Positions 57,652-62,223 of a stretch of 62,223 nucleotides of DNA are shown here, one piece after another. The stretch's first letter is position 1. Each line of letters opens with the position of its first letter. The stretch lies in assembly GCA_029259155.1 (NCBI GenBank), contig JAPDJI010000015.1, forward strand, positions 1 to 62,223. Direction: 5' to 3'. The DNA comes from Candidatus Methanomethylicia archaeon (GTDB lineage: Archaea > Thermoproteota > Methanomethylicia > Nezhaarchaeales > B40-G2). The notes under the pieces were generated by a model. It saw nothing but the letters and a program-made list of their open reading frames with translations. It ran no database searches and had not been told where the DNA came from. A program made the position numbers and the translations under genes.

Positions 57652-58518
57652 GTGTCACAGCTGCGACAACTGAGAGCCGAGGAAGCTGAAGGCCTCGGGG
57701 AAGCAGCTAAGTGTCTCACGAAGCTTGGACTCACCGTTAACCAGGCTAGGGTCTACATTGCGTTGCTGAGGCTCGGAAGCGCTAAGGCAAGCGAGGTAGC
57801 AAAGGAATCAGGTGTGGAGAGAGCTGAGACCTATAGGGCCTTAAACAGGCTAGGGGAGCTTGGGCTGGTTAGGGCCTCAGTATTGAAGCCTACATGTTTC
57901 ATACCCTCCCCTCCTGAAGAAGGCATTAGTAGGCTTCTTGAAACCTATAGCGATAGGCTCAGGAAGATGAGGGAGATGGCGTTAGAGGCTGTCAGCCTAC
58001 TTAAAGCAGAGCAGCGTCAACCGCCACGGCACGCCGCGCTGCTTGAACTCGTCGTGGGTAGGCGTAGAGCCTTCAGGAAAGCGCTCGACATGATAAACAA
58101 GGCAAAGGTCGAGGTGGACTGTGTAACCTCTGGCTACGGCTTAAAGAGGGCGGCTAAGGGAGGCATCCTAGATGCTTTCGAGGAAGCTACGGGCAGGAAG
58201 GTCAACGTGAAGCTCATCTCCGAGGTCATAGAGGCTAACCTACACGAAGCCAAACTCTTCATCGAAGTAGCCGAGTTTAAACATGCCGATCAGCTAAACG
58301 CCTTCCTCCTCCTCGTGGACGACGCGGAGGCTCTAGTAGGGGTAACAATAAAGGAGGACACGGCGCTAGACACGGAGGACCACATAGAGCTGTGGACCAA
58401 TAGTGGTTTCTTCGTTAAAGCTATGAAGCAGTTCTTCGAAAAAGCATGGTCGGAGGCTGTGGACGTACATACACGTTTAGATAAACTAAGGAAAAACAAG
58501 TCTGAAGCTAAACAATGA
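57652..58518 (+). CDS. TrmB-family transcriptional regulator
   Basis: LGLTVNQARVYIAL..YRALNRL wHTH; PLD-like effector domain (AKVEVD, LLVDDAEA). Confidence 0.9.
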   Translation: MSQLRQLRAEEAEGLGEAAKCLTKLGLTVNQARVYIALLRLGSAKASEVAKESGVERAETYRALNRLGELGLVRASVLKPTCFIPSPPEEGISRLLETYSDRLRKMREMALEAVSLLKAEQRQPPRHAALLELVVGRRRAFRKALDMINKAKVEVDCVTSGYGLKRAAKGGILDAFEEATGRKVNVKLISEVIEANLHEAKLFIEVAEFKHADQLNAFLLLVDDAEALVGVTIKEDTALDTEDHIELWTNSGFFVKAMKQFFEKAWSEAVDVHTRLDKLRKNKSEAKQ

Positions 58519-58587
58519 CGTAGGAGCTTAAAAAAGCTTTTAAGCTTAAAATATCTTTCCACGAACCCAGAAGGCCTAAGAGGGTGG

Positions 58588-59385
58588 TTGAAGGTGCCTA
58601 AAGTCTGTGTGTGCGTTAAATACTCGTTGGACGTCAGCGAGATAAAGGTAGACCCTTCTACTAGGACTCCTGTAACCGTAGGGGCGAAGCGTAAGACAAG
58701 CGACTTCGACAAGAACGCTGTGGAGGAAGCTGTAAGGCTCAAGGAGAAGCAAGGGTGGACGGTGGCCGCGTTCACCTACGGTACTGATGACGCTAAGTCG
58801 GCGCTTAGGGAAGCCTTAGCCATGGGCGCCGACGAGGCAATACTCGTCACCGACCCTGGCTATGAACAGTCAGACACCTTAGTTACAAGCCTCTTCTTGG
58901 CGGAGGCCATTAAGAAGGAGGGGCCCTTCGACCTAGTAATCTGTGGTGAGGTAAGCATCGACGGCTACACCTACCAAGTAGGCCCTAAGCTAGCTGAAAG
59001 GCTTGGAATACCTCAGATAACACACGTCAGGAAGTTGGAGATTAAGGGAGACGAGGTCGTGGCCGAGAGGGACCTTGAGGAAGGCTACGAAATAGTGTCA
59101 GCAAAGATGCCCGTGGTGGTCACGGTCACCAAGGAGATCAACGAGCCCAGGTACCCGAAGCTCATGGATATCATGAAGGCCTCCAAGAAACCTATAAAGA
59201 CGCTCACAGCCGCCGACCTAGGCATCCCGGACGATAAGAAAGGCGCCGCAGGGTCAGGGATGGAGGTCCTTAAAGCACAGGCCCCGGAGATGAAGAGGAA
59301 GGAGATAATCATCAAGGACAAGGAGCCGCCCGATGCAGCTGCTGAGCTAGTAGACCTCTTAGCCAAGGAGGGGGTGATTAAATGA
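58588..59385 (+). CDS. etfB: Electron transfer flavoprotein beta subunit
   Basis: VCVK, DKNAVEEAV, ALAMGAD, DGYTYQVG, INEPRYP. Confidence 0.95.
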   Translation: MKVPKVCVCVKYSLDVSEIKVDPSTRTPVTVGAKRKTSDFDKNAVEEAVRLKEKQGWTVAAFTYGTDDAKSALREALAMGADEAILVTDPGYEQSDTLVTSLFLAEAIKKEGPFDLVICGEVSIDGYTYQVGPKLAERLGIPQITHVRKLEIKGDEVVAERDLEEGYEIVSAKMPVVVTVTKEINEPRYPKLMDIMKASKKPIKTLTAADLGIPDDKKGAAGSGMEVLKAQAPEMKRKEIIIKDKEPPDAAAELVDLLAKEGVIK

Positions 59386-60338
59386 GCATCTGGGTATACT
59401 CCGAGAACAACGACCTAATGCTCGAGCTACTCACCAAGGGACGCGAACTAGCTAATCAGCTAGGCGTCGAGCTAGCCGCCCTCGTACTTGGACAAGACGT
59501 AGCGAGCAAGGCAGAGGAACTAGCATACTACGGCGCAGACAAGGTATACGTAGTAGAACACCCCAACCTAGCCACCTTCATCGCCGAGCCCTACACCAGC
59601 GCCCTCGCAGAACTCGTAAACAAACATAAGCCCGACGCCGTAATCATGGGAGCCACCAAGAGAGGAAACGAAGTAGCCGCAAGGCTAGCCGCAAGGCTGA
59701 ACGTAGGCTGCGTCACCAACTGCACAGGCATAAGCGTAGACCCCGAAACCAAAATGCTCCTATTAAACAGGCTCGTATACGGCGGCACAGCAATCTCAAC
59801 CCAACGCTGCAAGACCAAGCCGCAGATCGCCACCGTGCCTCCAAGAACCTTCGAGAAGGCCTCTAAGACCGATAGGAAAGCTGAGGTAATTAAGGAGAAG
59901 GTGGAGGCCGAAGAACCTAAAGTTAAGGTGCTGGAGCTCAAAAAGAAAGAAGTCAAGGGAGTAAGGCTGGAGGAGGCTGACGTCGTGGTCGTAGCAGGCC
60001 GAGGCGTCAAGAAGAAAGAGGACGTAGCCATGCTCGAAGAACTAGCCCAGCTACTAGGCGGCGTCGTTAGCTACACGAGACCGCTAGCATACGACTTAAA
60101 GTGGAGCCCAACATGGACCGGCATGTCGGGCGTTATAATTAAGCCAAGGCTCTACATAGGTGTAGGCGTTTCTGGCGCTATTCAACACGTGGCTGGGATT
60201 AGGGATTCGAAGGTGATTGTAGCGATTAATAGTGATCCTGATGCGCCGATCTTTAAGGTGGCTGATTACGGTATTGTCGGCGACTTATACGCGGTGGTTC
60301 CTGAGCTGGTGAAGAAGCTTAAGGAGAAGGCCAAGTAA
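59382..60338 (+). CDS. etfA: Electron transfer flavoprotein alpha subunit
   Basis: VAGRG, TRP, GMSG..KPRLY, GVSGAIQH, AINSDPDAPIF. Confidence 0.95.
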   Translation: MSIWVYSENNDLMLELLTKGRELANQLGVELAALVLGQDVASKAEELAYYGADKVYVVEHPNLATFIAEPYTSALAELVNKHKPDAVIMGATKRGNEVAARLAARLNVGCVTNCTGISVDPETKMLLLNRLVYGGTAISTQRCKTKPQIATVPPRTFEKASKTDRKAEVIKEKVEAEEPKVKVLELKKKEVKGVRLEEADVVVVAGRGVKKKEDVAMLEELAQLLGGVVSYTRPLAYDLKWSPTWTGMSGVIIKPRLYIGVGVSGAIQHVAGIRDSKVIVAINSDPDAPIFKVADYGIVGDLYAVVPELVKKLKEKAK

Positions 60339-60346
60339 GACATCAA

Positions 60347-60366
60347 TCTTTCTTTTGCTCCTTTTT
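60347..60366 (+). terminator. Probable T-rich archaeal terminator of etfBA
   Basis: TCTTTCTTTTGCTCCTTTTT shortly after the etfA stop. Confidence 0.5.
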
Positions 60367-60425
60367 GCGATTAAGCAGCTTGTTAATAGCAGAGATTAAA
60401 TAGCTTTGAGCCCCGCTTTTAGACG

Positions 60426-60686
60426 ATGTCAAGTAGGTTCTCTAAAAAAGAGCTTAAACAAATATTTGATGACCTCTTTAAACACTTCAAACGCGAAAAG
60501 ATCTTCTACTTTGAATATAAAGAGTACCTTGAAGCAAAAGGTTACAACGAAGACGACTTACTAGAAATATGGACGGAAGCTTTTAGGAAAGGCATTATAG
60601 ACGTCGGAGCCTTTCCTTTAAATGGCAAGGCAGAAACAGTATTTGAGAAACGTCGAAGAAGTCCAAAGCCCGACCTGATTATATGA
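60426..60686 (+). CDS. Small hypothetical protein, possibly winged-helix-like
   Basis: 86 aa, AT-rich; TTAAATA about 25-30 bp upstream. Confidence 0.6.
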   Translation: MSSRFSKKELKQIFDDLFKHFKREKIFYFEYKEYLEAKGYNEDDLLEIWTEAFRKGIIDVGAFPLNGKAETVFEKRRRSPKPDLII

Positions 60687-60712
60687 AACTAAGCTAATGC
60701 CCTCGTGAAGCC

Positions 60713-62223
60713 ATGAGGGTAGTTAAGAAAATTTACTACGCTCACCCGGTAGGCACTTATGGCACCATTCGTGAGCGTGTTGCACTTGAGTTGATTTCTT
60801 CAGTTTTTCCAAGAGCTGAGGTCGTTAATCCGGCTGAGCTTGTAGGGGTTGTTTCTCACGCTAACATGGATGAGTTTCGTGGGCACGTGGCCTCTTGCGA
60901 CGTGTTAGTGTATAGTGATGTGGCTGGCTTTGTGACAGCTGGGGTGGTTGAGGAGGTTGAGGAGGCGTTAAGGGATGGTAAGCCTGTCTATAGGTTAGAT
61001 TGGAGGACTGGTGAGCTGGTCGAGGTACATACTATTGGTGATAGGCTTGGCATCAATGACACTAGGAAACTATTTTATTTAATGCAGGGGTTCGGCCTTG
61101 ACGATGTTGCATTAGACGACTTAATCCGTGAAAAGATAGCCAAGGCTGTAGGTCGGATTAGTCGAGTTGAAGCGTTGAGACAAGTATTTAATGAGCTTCT
61201 CGGGCGCGAGGCACCTGTTCCTAACGGTGTCAGGAGGATTGATGTTTATAGTAGGTTTTATCATTGGTGGCAGGAGCCTAACCGTGCTAGGTTTAAGGTA
61301 AACCGTAGGCTCATAGCTGAGCTCATCAATAGGCGTGTTGAGGAGATGGGAGCTAGTAGCCTTAGGGACTTAGTATTGAATAAGCTTGGCCTTCCGCCTT
61401 CGAGGTACGCTTTTTACAAAAACTTTTCCTATAAGCCGAGAACTGCTACAACATCTGTCTTAAGAAGGATCTGCGATGACATGGGTTTTCCTTACAGCCT
61501 ACTTGAGAGAACAGGGGTTATTATTGAGCCCAAATTTCCCTTAGATCTTAACTCTCAGTCTTTATGGTTTCTCATACCTCACATTGTCAATGAAGGACAC
61601 ATGCATAATCGCATGCGATTCATTTCTTATTTCAACCGTGATCCGGTTCTACATTACTACTTTAAGCGAGCTGTTGAAGGTTCAGGTGGATGCTTCTACG
61701 GTCCTTACCTCACAAGCAAGAACATTCTACTTTCAAGAGCCGATGCCCTAAGTGGCCGAAAGCTAAACATGCTAGGAGTACCCTATGGTTCCAAAAGTCT
61801 TCATCAGCCTAACATTAGATTAACCAAGATGGATGAAGAAACTTGGAGATATTATGTTAGAACCCTCTTAACTGAGGAAGGTTCATGTAATCTTATCTTG
61901 CATCATAGGAGGTTAGCATGGACCGTTAGCTATGGAAGAAGCATCGATCTAACAGCCATTTTACTCAGGGACTTCGCTGCAAGTCTTGATGAAGACAAGT
62001 ACTACTATATTCGAGCAATTAAAGATCAAAAGGTGCTAGAAATAATTCGCCAGAATCCCCCTAAGTTGATGACTGTAGAGTTTAATGAATTCATTCGTAG
62101 GCATTCAAAGCACATACAGGTTCATAAGTGGCCTTCTTACAGACCTCATGTGATTCATAAGTCTAAGCGGGGTAGGGTTACGGTTCATTGGCGTTTTAGG
62201 TCTGAGGATGATGAGATCGTAGA
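60713..62223 (+). CDS. 3'-truncated fusion: nucleoside 2-deoxyribosyltransferase-like domain + putative HTH + double LAGLIDADG-like endonuclease domain
   Basis: Manual translation from ATG 60713 is stop-free to the window end. N-terminus KIYYAHP..VVNP..CDVLVY..TAGVVEEVEEAL..GKPVY; later LIPHIVNEGH, YFNRDPVL, LGVPYGSK, YVRTLLTEEGS. Confidence 0.75.
   Translation, partial: MRVVKKIYYAHPVGTYGTIRERVALELISSVFPRAEVVNPAELVGVVSHANMDEFRGHVASCDVLVYSDVAGFVTAGVVEEVEEALRDGKPVYRLDWRTGELVEVHTIGDRLGINDTRKLFYLMQGFGLDDVALDDLIREKIAKAVGRISRVEALRQVFNELLGREAPVPNGVRRIDVYSRFYHWWQEPNRARFKVNRRLIAELINRRVEEMGASSLRDLVLNKLGLPPSRYAFYKNFSYKPRTATTSVLRRICDDMGFPYSLLERTGVIIEPKFPLDLNSQSLWFLIPHIVNEGHMHNRMRFISYFNRDPVLHYYFKRAVEGSGGCFYGPYLTSKNILLSRADALSGRKLNMLGVPYGSKSLHQPNIRLTKMDEETWRYYVRTLLTEEGSCNLILHHRRLAWTVSYGRSIDLTAILLRDFAASLDEDKYYYIRAIKDQKVLEIIRQNPPKLMTVEFNEFIRRHSKHIQVHKWPSYRPHVIHKSKRGRVTVHWRFRSEDDEIV

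Noticed and set aside
59674-59699. Tandem repeat TAGCCGCAAGGC within etfA
   Set aside because: It simply encodes AARLAARL, a normal EtfA motif.
1-62223. Numerous antisense or shadow ORFs in the track (e.g. 917-1303, 4078-4503, 40884-41303, 54778-55266, 58290-58775, 59591-60031)
   Set aside because: They overlap well-supported genes on the opposite strand and carry no recognisable motifs.
1-62223. CRISPR arrays, tRNA and rRNA genes
   Set aside because: No regularly spaced repeats, T-loop/cloverleaf signatures or rRNA motifs were seen by eye; small RNAs could have been missed.

Overview
Gene-dense chromosomal segment of an anaerobic, probably thermophilic TACK-type archaeon (pelota, SepCysS, Thi4, HdrABC, TrpB2, a TackOD1-like protein, many GTG/TTG starts). 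1-7.3 kb is a lower-GC, Archaeoglobus-like cobalamin island (partial cobN facing cbiT-L-F-G-H-C/E-X). Its CbiX appears to have lost one metal-binding His, and its promoter region is occupied by a decayed IS5-type element. 7.3-12 kb is a junction of pseudogenes plus a chlI/D chelatase subunit. 17.8-27.3 kb clusters Fe-S sulfur-insertion enzymes (SepCysS with an N-terminal extension, SAMP-NcsA, ThiI, LarE) with a lipoate ligase, a radical SAM protein and CinA. The middle holds peptide, envelope and redox genes. 48.7-60.3 kb holds trpB2, serA, two aminotransferases, porGDAB, TrmB and etfBA. The most unusual item is an ORF absent from the supplied track (60713 to the window end, at least 503 codons) that appears to fuse a nucleoside-deoxyribosyltransferase-like domain, a putative HTH and a double-motif LAGLIDADG nuclease-like domain. 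No rRNA, tRNA or CRISPR array was recognised. All family calls come from motif recognition by eye, not database searches.
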